DNA of 64,000 nt from an uncultured Desulfobacter sp. (GTDB lineage Bacteria; Desulfobacterota; Desulfobacteria; Desulfobacterales; Desulfobacteraceae). This document shows, piece after piece, positions 1-9,898 of this stretch (position 1 is its first letter; each line of letters starts with the position of its first letter). The position numbers were made by a program, and so were the translations under genes. Where the stretch lies: the NCBI GenBank assembly GCA_963665095.1, contig OY762069.1, forward strand, positions 4,544,001 to 4,608,000, in the 5' to 3' direction. The notes beneath the pieces were generated by a model. The model was not told the origin of the DNA and ran no database searches. It saw nothing but the letters and a program-made list of their open reading frames with translations.

Positions 1-420
1 CATGGGAATCAGGGTGCCCATGAGGCCGAGGCTCGGGCCAATGCGCACCACCAGGCGGATTCTGTCCACCCCTTTTAAAAGGGCGTTCTGTTTTTTCTGG
101 TTCAGGTCTTCCACTTTTTCCGTTTTTAAAATTCCCGGCTGTTTCAGGATGCTTTCCAGTTCCCCGGCGTAGGTCACGATATGATTCGGCAGCATGGCCC
201 TGACCGGTTCGGGCAGGGTGCCGGCCTGACTGATATCATCCAGAAATCCCGACAGGGGCGTGTTTGAGCGTTTTTGTCTGCGTTTAATCCATTCACCTAA
301 AAAACCGCCGGTATAGACGAACAGCCACAGGCAAAGAAGGATTAACAACGCCACAACCGGGACCAGCAGTGCGGTTGAAATCGTGTACAAAATGGTTTGG
401 AAAACAGAGAAAATATTCAT
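1..420 (-). CDS. MotA/TolQ/ExbB proton channel family protein (3' end runs off the window)
   Basis: Hand translation from the ATG at 420 (overlapping the TAA of the upstream gene): MNIFSVFQTILYTISTALLVPVVALLILL...KGVDRIRLVVRIGPSLGLMGTLIPM. It has the family motif GPxLGLMGT. Not in the ORF track because it is truncated. Confidence 0.85.
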   Translation of the reverse strand, partial: MNIFSVFQTILYTISTALLVPVVALLILLCLWLFVYTGGFLGEWIKRRQKRSNTPLSGFLDDISQAGTLPEPVRAMLPNHIVTYAGELESILKQPGILKTEKVEDLNQKKQNALLKGVDRIRLVVRIGPSLGLMGTLIPM

Positions 421-1166
421 TATTGTTCTGCCTTGTAAAAATAGGACCAGAAGAATCCGGCTGCACCGAGTACCAGAATTGAGGCAGCCAGTGCCCAGAA
501 GGGTGCTGCGTCAAATTGCCCCACCGGGTTATTGGACAGAGCCATGTGATAGGCTGCCTTGATTTCAGGGTAAATCGGTGCAATGAGAATGGTCAGTACA
601 AAATATAGTGAAATCAACACCATGGATATGCCCAGAAAGCTGTCCATGGATGTGATATAGCGTCTGAACAGGATGATCACGGCCAGGGTTAACAGAATGC
701 ACGCCATAAAACAGGCAAACAGAACCAGGGTGGTAACGGCCGGGGACATGGGGAAAAAGGAAAACGCCAAAGACAGATTAAGCAGAATCACTGAAGCGCA
801 TACCGGGCAGGGAAACACCAGCAAAATGCCGGGTGCAAGGGTTGCATGCGCCTGATCCTGCCTTGATCCCAGCAGAATCACGCCCCAGACAAAAAGTCCC
901 AACGCCAGGGCAAAATGAAGCAGCATGCCGTATTGAACGGCTTTGGCCAGGCGGTCCAGGTAATTAAACAGGTTCAGGCCTGTGACCAGGGCATACATCC
1001 CCCAGAACAGCACCATATAGGCAAGCAGGCTCCCGCCTGCAAACAGCCCTTTTTTTACCCCGGGGATGGACGGATGGTTTATCCGGGCGCCCAGTCCCAC
1101 TCCGATTTTAATGCCAAAAACCAAAAATGCCGCAAGGATGCCACTCATCCATAATTGCCTGAGCAT
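420..1166 (-). CDS. DUF2162-like integral membrane protein (putative transporter)
   Basis: 248 aa, multiple hydrophobic helices, FGIKIGVGLG N-terminus and PCPVC motif; sits between a TonB receptor and a MotA/TolQ gene, the usual DUF2162 context. Confidence 0.7.
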   Translation of the reverse strand: MLRQLWMSGILAAFLVFGIKIGVGLGARINHPSIPGVKKGLFAGGSLLAYMVLFWGMYALVTGLNLFNYLDRLAKAVQYGMLLHFALALGLFVWGVILLGSRQDQAHATLAPGILLVFPCPVCASVILLNLSLAFSFFPMSPAVTTLVLFACFMACILLTLAVIILFRRYITSMDSFLGISMVLISLYFVLTILIAPIYPEIKAAYHMALSNNPVGQFDAAPFWALAASILVLGAAGFFWSYFYKAEQ

Positions 1167-1301
1167 GACGCGCTCCAGTTTGATAAACTAAGGTTGAAAC
1201 GTGTATTTGTTTTTTACAGGCAGACCCGTTTTGGTCGCTGCCTGGCTGCAGAAGAACCGCCCCGGGCCGATATGCTCCCGGGGCGGACAATGCCCGGCCG
1301 A

Positions 1302-3395
1302 TCAGAAATGATAACTGATTCCGGCCTCTACGTATCTGCCGTTTTGAATGTAGTACGCGTTGTTGGGCTCGCCATCCGAGTTCAGCTTGCCGGATGAGTT
1401 GGATGCATATTCAAGATCTTCATCAAAAATGTTTTTACCTAACACCCAGAACTTCCATTGTTTCCAGGTATAGGAAGCCCTTGCGTCAAAGGTGGTCTTG
1501 GAAGGGTATTCAATCTGGTTCAGGTAATCCACATACCGTTTCCCAATGTAGTTCATGTCAAAGCTGATTTTAAGGTTGTCCATGGGATAGAAATCAAGGC
1601 CGGCAAGGGCACTGATCTTGGGAACCCAGTATATCTGCTTTCCTGAAATGTCTGCATTGTAGTCATGGGTGTTATCCGGATGAATGTAAGCAGAGGCCGT
1701 ACCCGAGGTCCACTCAATTTTCTGGTAGGCACCGGATAACCGGTATCCGAAATACTGGCACAGCCTGCCGTCCGCCTCAAGTTCCAGGCCCTTGGCCTCG
1801 GCATCTCCGATATTTCCCTGGCCGCAGGAGTCATCGTTTTCGTCGTAAACCGATCCGAATTTATCTTTATACTCTGAATAATAAACCGTGGCGTTGACAT
1901 TGAGCATTTTGCTGAAGAGATGCTTGTACCCCAGTTCATATGTCATCACCTCTTCGGGTTCAAGATCTTCAACCGGGTTCAGTGTACCGCCTTTTTCCAC
2001 GGCCCAGGCATAATACCGCGGCGTGGGAAACCAGTAATTTTTCCCCACGGACGCATAGACCATGGCCTTGCCATTGAAGTGATAGGACGGGGCAATGGAA
2101 TAACTGAACATATCCTTTTCTTCATCAACAATGGTGGGAACCTTGTCCTCAAAATTGACTTCGGTTCTGTCCAGGCGGATGCCGGCATCCAGCCCCCATT
2201 TTTCGTTGAAGCGCAGTTCATTGTCCCAGAAAATACCATAGGTTTTTTCCTGGAGGTCAAAATTATATGCATCTGTATTTTTAGTGGCATAGTACGGATA
2301 GGTTCGACCTACCGTATTATCGATGTCTTCGTAGTTTATACCAAACGTGGGGGTATAACTGACCGAACCAAACATAAAATTGTACCCGCCTGACATGGTC
2401 AAGGCATAGGTATCCTGCTCAGAATTTTCATAGTAAACACTTCTGGGGCTGTCATAAATGGCATACAGGCGTCTGAAGTCTTTTTCATAGGTAGTCCAGG
2501 ACAAAGAGGCATCAAAAAATTTTTTCGAATCTTTATGGGAGAACTCCAGAGCAACAGTGGTGTTCTCTTCATCTTTTTCGTTGTGCCAGAGCAGGTCTGA
2601 ATCGGTTTCACTTTTGGGGAAATGGAGACTGCGGCGGTAATTGTCCAGTTGCCACTGGTATTTTTTCAACCCCTCTGCCGTCTTATTATCGTAATCCACA
2701 TGGCTTAACCGCAGGCCGATGCGGGACTGGTCAGACAGGTTGTACCCAAGCCGTCCCAAAACGGACTTACGGTTTTCTTCCTCTTCCTCATACCCGTCTG
2801 TATGGTAATTTTCGGCATTTATCAGATAATCAAACTTATTTTTCATGCCGTTGAGTGACACATTTTCGTCATGGGTGCCCCAGGAACCATAAGAGACGGA
2901 AACATCACCGTGCACACCCTGGTCTTTGCTTTTCTTGGTGATCACGTTGATCACACCCCTGGCTGAGCCGGGGCCATAGGCAATTCCGGCGGACCGCAAC
3001 ACCTCAATCCGTTCAATCTGGCTCACCGGAATAAAATCAAACTCACTGTACCGGTAGTCCCCCATTTTCAAAGGAACCCCGTCAATCAAGATCACCGGGC
3101 CGCCGGCCATGGCACTTTTGTTTCCACGGATAACAACAGACTGGCTTTTTGAACTGCTGTCAGTCACCCCGGGAATTTTAGACAGTGCTTCAACAATGTT
3201 TTTAGCGCCCATCTCCTCAAGCTCTTTACCGGTAATGATGGAAAGGCTGGCGGGTGTGTCAACTGCCTTGGTTTTCTGGGTTGAAGTAATAACGATTTCG
3301 TCTAGTTTGTGGATTTCTTCCTGGTCATTTTCGGCAAAAACAAGTGCCGGAAAAATACATAGAAGCGATACAAAAGCTACTAAACCGGATTTCAT
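1302..3395 (-). CDS. TonB-dependent outer-membrane receptor, probably for cobalamin or cobalt complexes (BtuB-like)
   Basis: Signal peptide, TonB box-like DEIVITS, plug motifs (LSKIPGV, ILIDGVP, IERIEVLR, GVINVITKK), beta-barrel ending in GRYVEAGISYHF; cobalamin riboswitch upstream. Confidence 0.9.
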   Translation of the reverse strand: MKSGLVAFVSLLCIFPALVFAENDQEEIHKLDEIVITSTQKTKAVDTPASLSIITGKELEEMGAKNIVEALSKIPGVTDSSSKSQSVVIRGNKSAMAGGPVILIDGVPLKMGDYRYSEFDFIPVSQIERIEVLRSAGIAYGPGSARGVINVITKKSKDQGVHGDVSVSYGSWGTHDENVSLNGMKNKFDYLINAENYHTDGYEEEEENRKSVLGRLGYNLSDQSRIGLRLSHVDYDNKTAEGLKKYQWQLDNYRRSLHFPKSETDSDLLWHNEKDEENTTVALEFSHKDSKKFFDASLSWTTYEKDFRRLYAIYDSPRSVYYENSEQDTYALTMSGGYNFMFGSVSYTPTFGINYEDIDNTVGRTYPYYATKNTDAYNFDLQEKTYGIFWDNELRFNEKWGLDAGIRLDRTEVNFEDKVPTIVDEEKDMFSYSIAPSYHFNGKAMVYASVGKNYWFPTPRYYAWAVEKGGTLNPVEDLEPEEVMTYELGYKHLFSKMLNVNATVYYSEYKDKFGSVYDENDDSCGQGNIGDAEAKGLELEADGRLCQYFGYRLSGAYQKIEWTSGTASAYIHPDNTHDYNADISGKQIYWVPKISALAGLDFYPMDNLKISFDMNYIGKRYVDYLNQIEYPSKTTFDARASYTWKQWKFWVLGKNIFDEDLEYASNSSGKLNSDGEPNNAYYIQNGRYVEAGISYHF

Positions 3396-3513
3396 TTAAT
3401 CCCTCCTTTGCAGGCCCATGAATAACACCCCGTGTATCAGGATTTTATTCAAAGATGAACCTGAGCTGCGCCGGGTCCGGAATCAGTAGATGTCTAAACA
3501 GCACTTTCAAAAT

Positions 3514-3552
3514 AAAAAACCCCAGACCCTTGGTTTGAATTGATCTGGGATT
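3514..3552 (-). terminator. Intrinsic terminator, probable expression platform of the riboswitch
   Basis: Minus strand reads CCCAGATC...GGTCTGGG followed by GTTTTTT, between the aptamer and the receptor RBS. Confidence 0.65.
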
Positions 3553-3609
3553 CCCTGATTTTTCCTCAGTCATGGTATACTTTCCTTTTCCACGGGAAAT
3601 ATACGCCAC

Positions 3610-3770
3610 ATTCCCAGGCAGGTGTTCTGACTATCGGATCATCCTAGTGGCTGCGCCTTCCCAACATCACGTCAGTGGCTAAGAGCAGCGGTCGTCCCCG
3701 AATACAGCGGCGGGCCCGTCCCTGACTTTCACAGGGTTCCCTTTTAAGCATGTGAGCACCTGAAAACTGG
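3610..3770 (-). ncRNA. Cobalamin (B12) riboswitch
   Basis: Minus strand: CAGGTGC...TTAAAAGGGAACCCTGTGAAAGTCAGGGACGGGCCCGCCGCTGTA...GCCACTG...GGGAAGGC...AGTCAGAACACCTGCC. Canonical conserved elements including the B12 box, upstream of a TonB receptor. Confidence 0.93.
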
Positions 3771-3995
3771 TTAGGTTATTTTCCATAATTCGGCAAATGT
3801 CAAGATTTATCGACGGCAGCGCTGAGCAGGATAAATATATTTCTACCATCAGTCTAATAATTTTAACCTCTTCCCCCTAAATCATTTCACCACGAAGCAT
3901 CGGGTGGCAATTTGACTCCCTGCCACACAGGATTTGCTATAATATAACAATCAATAAGCAGCCAAACTTTTAATGGGCATTACTTTGAATTCATC

Positions 3996-4024
3996 TTGAC
4001 ATTCTTTTTTTGCTCTTGTACCAC
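3996..4024 (+). promoter_or_regulatory. Putative sigma70 promoter for the TonB operon
   Basis: TTGACA-17 bp-TACCAC; an additional extended -10 (TGCTATAAT) lies at 3935-3943. Confidence 0.45.
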
Positions 4025-4266
4025 AGGGATGATTCAGTGGCCTGCCCTGTGATCATGGCAGAAAATCATCAGTAGGATTTTTTTGCGATATCGCAAAGTC
4101 TGCTGAATTAAATTACCTGAAATCATTCAGAACCGTGTATGAAAAACACCGATACTAGGCTGCAATGAAGGCAGCAAATTCGAAAAAGATTACTGGTTCA
4201 GATTTTCACCGGATTTTCACCGGACGTAACCCCGATCACCAATAAAATCTCAGGTTCGGGCGTCCA

Positions 4267-5118
4267 ATGCTGATGAAAGGGAAGATAATGGAAACGGAAA
4301 CAAACAAGATCGTCCGGCGCTTGAAGCGTGCCGGAACCGGTCTTGCTGCAGCTTTGCTGATCTGCGTGCAGATATTGATATGGGATGCCTCCCTGGGCCA
4401 TGCCCGGACATCGGTGACAAAGGATATTGAAGCGCCTGTAGACAAGGCGGTTGATACCCGCCAGGCCACCCAGGAAGCCAGAGAAAAATGGGATACCGAA
4501 CGTCAGAAACTGGCAGAGGAATATGACCGGCTCAAGGATGAAAATGGGCAGCTTGTCTTTACCAACAAAAATCTAACCGGAAAGGCCGTATCCCTTGAAA
4601 AGGAAAATGCCGGCCTGACAGCTGAAAAAGAAGAGGCCTTGAGGATCAGAACCGAACTCTCTCCGTTTCTAAAAGAGACGGTGGCCCGTCTGTCCACTCT
4701 GGTTGCCTCTGACGCCCCGTTTCTGAGAGAAGAACGTAACGCCAGACTCTTGCGTCTTGATGCCATTCTGAACGATGATGATATCACCGTGGCTGAAAAA
4801 TACAGGAAAGTAATGGAAGCTCTGCTTGTGGAAGCAGAGTACGGCAACACGGTTGAGGTATATCGGGAAAAAATCAATATGGACGGATCTGAGGTGCTTG
4901 GCGATATCTTTCGCATGGGCCGGGTCTCACTGTTTTTTCTGACCCTGGACCGGGAAAGCGCCGGGATCTTTGATGTTGCCAAAAACCAGTGGCGTCCCCT
5001 GGACAAAATTCAGGTGCCGGCCATTGAGGCGGTTGTGGAGATGGCCGCAAAACACAGACCCATGGAAGTGGTTCCCCTGCCCATTGGCGGCCTGGCCCGG
5101 GAAGGGGGGCAGCAATGA
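4267..5118 (+). CDS. DUF3450 family protein (TonB-system accessory, coiled coil)
   Basis: Signal/TM segment, coiled coil, motifs PFLREER and EKYRKVMEALLVEAEYG, and FRMGRVSL; first gene of an exbB-exbD-tonB operon. Confidence 0.85.
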   Translation: MLMKGKIMETETNKIVRRLKRAGTGLAAALLICVQILIWDASLGHARTSVTKDIEAPVDKAVDTRQATQEAREKWDTERQKLAEEYDRLKDENGQLVFTNKNLTGKAVSLEKENAGLTAEKEEALRIRTELSPFLKETVARLSTLVASDAPFLREERNARLLRLDAILNDDDITVAEKYRKVMEALLVEAEYGNTVEVYREKINMDGSEVLGDIFRMGRVSLFFLTLDRESAGIFDVAKNQWRPLDKIQVPAIEAVVEMAAKHRPMEVVPLPIGGLAREGGQQ

Positions 5119-6635
5119 TACCGGTAAAATTTTTCATAAAACCCCTTCTGAGCGGCCTGATCCTGACCCTTGCCGTGTGCCTTGTTCCGGTTGGAACGGT
5201 TCATGCCGGGGATATGCGCAAAGCCTATGCCGATCTTGAAAAAAAACGGGAAGAGATCGCAGCCCAAGCTGCTGCTGAGCTATCCAAAGCACAGGCCGAA
5301 GCCCGTGAGAATGCCAAGGCCATTAAGCAGGACAAAGAAGCACTGAAGGCGGCCATTACTGAGCTGAAAACAAAAAATGCCAACCTGGACAAAGAGAATT
5401 CAGCACTGCAAAGCAAAATAGAAACACTGGCAGAAGAACAGGTCAAATTAAGGGAAAGCCTGGAAGAGTCCCGCATGGTGAACAAGGAGCTGGCAGGATT
5501 TGTCCGAACCTGTGCCAAGGATTTGAACAGTCTTCTGGTCCAGAGCCCTCAAAGCGCGTTTGACAAGGACCGGAGCGTATTTTTAAGCCCGGTAATGAAC
5601 CAGGAGCGGTTCTGGTCCATGGATGATATCCGGCAGATGACCGATGCCCTGTTTAATGAGATCCTGGCCTCGGGCCAGGTAACCCTGCAGCAGGGAGAGG
5701 TGGTGGACCGTCAGGGCAAGGACCGCACGGCGCAAATTTTGAGCATCGGCAATTTCACAGCGGTTTATGTGCTGGATGATGACGGCGACAGCCCGTCGGA
5801 AACCGGTTTCCTGCTCTATTCCGACCAGAGTTGCCGTTTTTTTGCCCTGTCCAGACTGCCTTCTGCCAAACTTACAGAACAGCTTTGTGCCTATATTTCC
5901 GGTAACAGCGATACCGTACCCGTGGACATCTCAAAGGGCGGGGCACTTCGGCGGTTTACCCATGAGCTGAATCTTGTGGACCAGGTGCCCAAGGGCGGCC
6001 CCCTTGTCTGGCCCATTGTTGCGCTGTTGGGCCTGGCACTTTTGATCCTTCTTGAGCGTGTGATCTTTTTCCTGCGGCATGGGTTGAGGGTTTCTCCCTT
6101 CATAGCAAAATTAACCACCCTGGTGGAAAAGGAAAACTGGCAGGGGTGTGAAGCGCTGATGCAGAAACACAAAAATGGATTTATCCCCAAGGTCCTGCTC
6201 AAAGCCCTGCCGTTCAGGGAGCATACCCGTACAGACATGGAAAACGCACTTCAGGAAGCCATTCTGGCTGAAATTCCTTCCATTGAAAGATTTCTGTCCA
6301 CCCTGGGAATGCTTGCAGCCATCGCTCCGCTCATGGGGCTTTTGGGCACTGTAACCGGCATGATTAACACCTTCCATGTGATCACCTATTACGGCACAGG
6401 CGATCCCAGAATGATGTCCGGCGGTATCTCCGAAGCCCTGGTCACCACCATGCTCGGATTGACAGTGGCCATTCCCATCATGCTGTTCCATACCTTTTTG
6501 TCCCGGAAGGTGGAGACCCAGATCAGCAGCATGGAGGAGAAGGCCGTGGCCTTTGTAAATTTGATATTCAAGGCCAGAAACGAATGCCGGCCAGGTGCGC
6601 TGCCTAGCGACAGCGGCACCACGGACCAGTCATAG
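5115..6635 (+). CDS. Large MotA/TolQ/ExbB protein with N-terminal coiled coil (TtpC-like)
   Basis: N-terminal coiled coil; C-terminal GGPLVWPI...APLMGLLGTVTGMI...GGISEALVTT. Confidence 0.9.
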   Translation: MIPVKFFIKPLLSGLILTLAVCLVPVGTVHAGDMRKAYADLEKKREEIAAQAAAELSKAQAEARENAKAIKQDKEALKAAITELKTKNANLDKENSALQSKIETLAEEQVKLRESLEESRMVNKELAGFVRTCAKDLNSLLVQSPQSAFDKDRSVFLSPVMNQERFWSMDDIRQMTDALFNEILASGQVTLQQGEVVDRQGKDRTAQILSIGNFTAVYVLDDDGDSPSETGFLLYSDQSCRFFALSRLPSAKLTEQLCAYISGNSDTVPVDISKGGALRRFTHELNLVDQVPKGGPLVWPIVALLGLALLILLERVIFFLRHGLRVSPFIAKLTTLVEKENWQGCEALMQKHKNGFIPKVLLKALPFREHTRTDMENALQEAILAEIPSIERFLSTLGMLAAIAPLMGLLGTVTGMINTFHVITYYGTGDPRMMSGGISEALVTTMLGLTVAIPIMLFHTFLSRKVETQISSMEEKAVAFVNLIFKARNECRPGALPSDSGTTDQS

Positions 6636-6648
6636 GAAGGATGCTTCC

Positions 6649-7272
6649 ATGAACGACTTGCTATACCAGATGGCGGCCTATCTCAGGTCCGGAGGGGTGG
6701 TCATGGTGCCCATCCTGTGTGTCTCCTTTGTGATGTGGGTGCTGATCTTCAACCGTCTGCTTTTTTTACGCCGCCTGTACATCAAAAACATGCCACGGGC
6801 CATGGCCGGAGAGCTGGTCCGGGAAAATCAGTGGCCCGCCTCGAAATATCAGGGCGCCAATGCCTCTCTGGTCCGGGAGTTTTTATCCCGGCGCAGCCGC
6901 AATCCGGACCCTGACCTGGACGAGAATATCCTGGATGAAACGGTCATGGCCATGAATGCCTCTTTGGACCGGTACCTGGCCTTTATTGCGGTGCTGTCCG
7001 CGGTGGCCCCGCTCATGGGGCTGCTCGGCACGGTGGTGGGGATGATGCAGACCTTTGATGTCATCACCGTATTTGGTACGGGAAACGTCCGGGCCATGGC
7101 CTCGGGCATCTCCGTAGCCCTGGTGACCACCCAGACAGGGCTCATGATCTCCATTCCCGGGCTTTACATGAGCGGGTGGCTGAGACGGCGGGCCTCCAAT
7201 CTCAAACACCGCATTGCATCCACAGCCATGTATCTGAAACCATTTATCCGGCAAAGGAGTATTCCATGCTGA
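6649..7272 (+). CDS. exbB: Biopolymer transport protein ExbB
   Basis: GGVVMVPI, APLMGLLGTVVGM, GISVALVTTQ; start moved to the ATG at 6649, downstream of a purine-rich GGAAGGA tract. Confidence 0.88.
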   Translation: MNDLLYQMAAYLRSGGVVMVPILCVSFVMWVLIFNRLLFLRRLYIKNMPRAMAGELVRENQWPASKYQGANASLVREFLSRRSRNPDPDLDENILDETVMAMNASLDRYLAFIAVLSAVAPLMGLLGTVVGMMQTFDVITVFGTGNVRAMASGISVALVTTQTGLMISIPGLYMSGWLRRRASNLKHRIASTAMYLKPFIRQRSIPC

Positions 7273-7685
7273 ACATATCCGCAGCCAGACGGGCGGGGAA
7301 AAAAGACCTTGAACTCAACATCGCCCCGCTGATTGACATGGTGTTTATCCTGTTGATCTTTTTTCTGGTCACCACTTCCTTTGTCAAGGAAACCGGAGTG
7401 GACATTTCACGCCCCACAGCCAGTACGGCTGTGGCAAAAACCAAATCCACCATCCTCATCGGCATTACCCGGGACAACACCATTCACCTGGACCGGCGGG
7501 AAATTGATGTCAGGGCCGTGCGTTCCGGTGTTGAACGGGCCATGGCGGAAAACCCCGAAGCCAGCGTGGTTATTGTGGCGGATAAAGACAGCAGAACCGG
7601 CCTTGTCATATCCGTGATGGATTCGTGCAAACTGGCCGGCGCAGAGAACGTGGCTTTGGCGGCCAGCCTGCCTGAAGGTGGATGA
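7266..7685 (+). CDS. exbD: Biopolymer transport protein ExbD
   Basis: NIAPLIDMVFILLIFFLVTTSF motif; AAGGAG RBS before the ATG at 7266. Confidence 0.92.
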   Translation: MLNISAARRAGKKDLELNIAPLIDMVFILLIFFLVTTSFVKETGVDISRPTASTAVAKTKSTILIGITRDNTIHLDRREIDVRAVRSGVERAMAENPEASVVIVADKDSRTGLVISVMDSCKLAGAENVALAASLPEGG

Positions 7686-8407
7686 TGACCACGACTGCTG
7701 ATCCCTCATATCCGGGCAAAAAGCCTGGAAGCTTTCGCCCCGGAACCATCCTGGGCTGGAGTGCGGCCATTGTTCTGTCTTTGGGGCTGAACCTGTTTAT
7801 TTTCGGCATTATGCCCGGATTTATCCAGAGTGTTCCTGAAGGCCCTGAAGATTTAGAGGCTGTCAAGGCCATCCAGGTGGTCCGGGTCAAGCGGCCGGAA
7901 ACCCCGCCCCGCAAAAAAGAGCCCAAAAAGCCACCGGAACCACCCAAAGAGGTGAAAACCGCCGCACGCATGGTGCAGCAGCAGATGAAACAACCATCTG
8001 TTGTCAAACCCCGGTTGCCCATGGAGCTTAACCCCCGGCTGCCCAGCCTGCCCAACAGCATTAACCTGGGGCCGCTAAGCGATTTTTCCATGAAAGCTGA
8101 AATGCCCCAGGGGATTTTTTCAACCTCGGACCTGGACCAGCCTTTGCAGGTAATGGTCCGGCTGCCGGCGGCCTATCCCATGCGGGCCAGACGCTTAGGC
8201 ATTGAAGGCTGGGTAAAGGTGCAGTTTGTTGTCTCCAAGGAAGGCCGGGTAAAGGAGTTGGAAATTGTGGAGGCAGAGCCCAAAGGCATGTTTGAATCCA
8301 GTGTCACCCAGTCCGTTTCCCAGTACCGGTTCAAGCCGGGAACCGTGGACGGCCAGGCCGTGGAGGTGCGTGTAATCACCACCATCCGGTTCCAAATGGA
8401 GGAGTGA
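7682..8407 (+). CDS. tonB: Energy transducer TonB
   Basis: N-terminal TM, Pro/Lys-rich linker, C-terminal YPMRARRLGIEGWVKVQFVV...FKPG. Confidence 0.92.
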   Translation: MMTTTADPSYPGKKPGSFRPGTILGWSAAIVLSLGLNLFIFGIMPGFIQSVPEGPEDLEAVKAIQVVRVKRPETPPRKKEPKKPPEPPKEVKTAARMVQQQMKQPSVVKPRLPMELNPRLPSLPNSINLGPLSDFSMKAEMPQGIFSTSDLDQPLQVMVRLPAAYPMRARRLGIEGWVKVQFVVSKEGRVKELEIVEAEPKGMFESSVTQSVSQYRFKPGTVDGQAVEVRVITTIRFQMEE

Positions 8408-9888
8408 TGATCAGATTTATGTCCATCCCAGGCGGCTCTAAAACTACTTTTGATAATTATTGGGTCCTGAATTTTATGATTTCTGTTTTTCGAATCGCCC
8501 CTTTTCTGATCTTAACTTTTATGGCCCTGGCCTTTTCCACCCTGCCTGTGTCTGCCAAAAACAGCAATCAGACCGGCAACCAGGAGGGAGACGCCCTGCC
8601 GTTAGCCGCCGGCATGTGCGCCAACAGGGCGTCTGCATTCATAGAGAAAAAGGATTATGCCGCTGCCGTCAAAGAGCTTGAACTATTCCAGGCCAAGGCC
8701 GCCACGGTTGACGCTGAAACAGCGGATAAAAAAGGGTATACCCATTACTATCTTGACTTCATGCTGGGCAACTGCTGCATGATGATGGAAAACCAGGGCC
8801 AAAGTGTTTTTAAAAAAGCGGCCGCCGCCTATGAACGGGCTGTTAAAAAATTTGACGGGCTGTACCAGGGCTGGCTCAATTTAGGCATGTGCCGGTATAA
8901 TCTAAAGCAGATGGACAAAGCGGCTCATGCCTTTATTAAAGGCTATGACACAGCGCCTGAAAAAAAAGCCGTCTATCTCTACCAGGCAGCGGCCTGCTAT
9001 TATTATAATTCAGACTACCAAAACTCCCTGACAACCTTTAACCGCCTGATGAAAAGCCACCCGACCGACGTCACCCTGGAGTGGAAAGAGGTGCTGGTCA
9101 ATATTCTGTTCGCCCTGAAAAAAAACAGGGAGGCCCTGCCATGGCTTGAGGAGCTGGCGGCCAAATCCAAAGGGGATAAAAAGAAGACCTGGCAGGAGAT
9201 GCTGTTGTACCAGTACATGGAGCTGGGCATGGATAAAAAGGCACTGGCCTATGCCAGGCAACTGACCCGGGAAACCCCGGAAGAGCCCAAATGGTGGAAG
9301 GCCCTGGCCCATATTCACCTGGAAAAAAACCGGATGGAAAAAGGGTTGGAAGCGTTTATGATCTACAGCTTTACCACGCCGCTGTCAGTGTCTGAAACAA
9401 AACTTCTGGCAGATCTTTATGCCGGGTGTAACATCCCCCTGGAAGCAGCCAGGGTGTATGAGGCATGGATTGAAAAGCTTCAAAAAGATCCCAAAAGTCA
9501 GGCAAAAGCGGGAAAGAAAAAAATGACCGACCGCTTTCTTGCCATTGCCAGGGCTTATCAGCAGGGAAAGGACGATGCCGCTGCGGTGGGATGGGCGGAC
9601 AAGGGACTGGCTCAGGGCGGAGATGCCAGGCTCCTGGAGTTTAAAGCAGATATTCTCTTCGGACAGAAAAAATACAAGGCCGCTTATACCGCATACAAAG
9701 ATCTTGCGGCCCAGGGCCATTCAACCGGCCGTTCCTGGCTCATGGCGGGCTACTCGGCATTGAGCTGCGAAAACCTGGACGGGGCAAAGAACGCCTTTAC
9801 CTTTGCCTGCAAACACCCCAAAGAAAAAAAAGCCGCCGCCAGTGCCCTTAAACAGGTAAAGGCCATGCAGGCGGCAACACAGATGTAA
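8404..9888 (+). CDS. Exported tetratricopeptide-repeat protein of the TonB operon
   Basis: Signal peptide (true start may be near 8477) and repeated TPR-like helices (e.g. WLNLGMCRY, WWKALAHIH). Confidence 0.8.
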   Translation: MMIRFMSIPGGSKTTFDNYWVLNFMISVFRIAPFLILTFMALAFSTLPVSAKNSNQTGNQEGDALPLAAGMCANRASAFIEKKDYAAAVKELELFQAKAATVDAETADKKGYTHYYLDFMLGNCCMMMENQGQSVFKKAAAAYERAVKKFDGLYQGWLNLGMCRYNLKQMDKAAHAFIKGYDTAPEKKAVYLYQAAACYYYNSDYQNSLTTFNRLMKSHPTDVTLEWKEVLVNILFALKKNREALPWLEELAAKSKGDKKKTWQEMLLYQYMELGMDKKALAYARQLTRETPEEPKWWKALAHIHLEKNRMEKGLEAFMIYSFTTPLSVSETKLLADLYAGCNIPLEAARVYEAWIEKLQKDPKSQAKAGKKKMTDRFLAIARAYQQGKDDAAAVGWADKGLAQGGDARLLEFKADILFGQKKYKAAYTAYKDLAAQGHSTGRSWLMAGYSALSCENLDGAKNAFTFACKHPKEKKAAASALKQVKAMQAATQM

Positions 9889-9898
9889 CCGGACGTTT

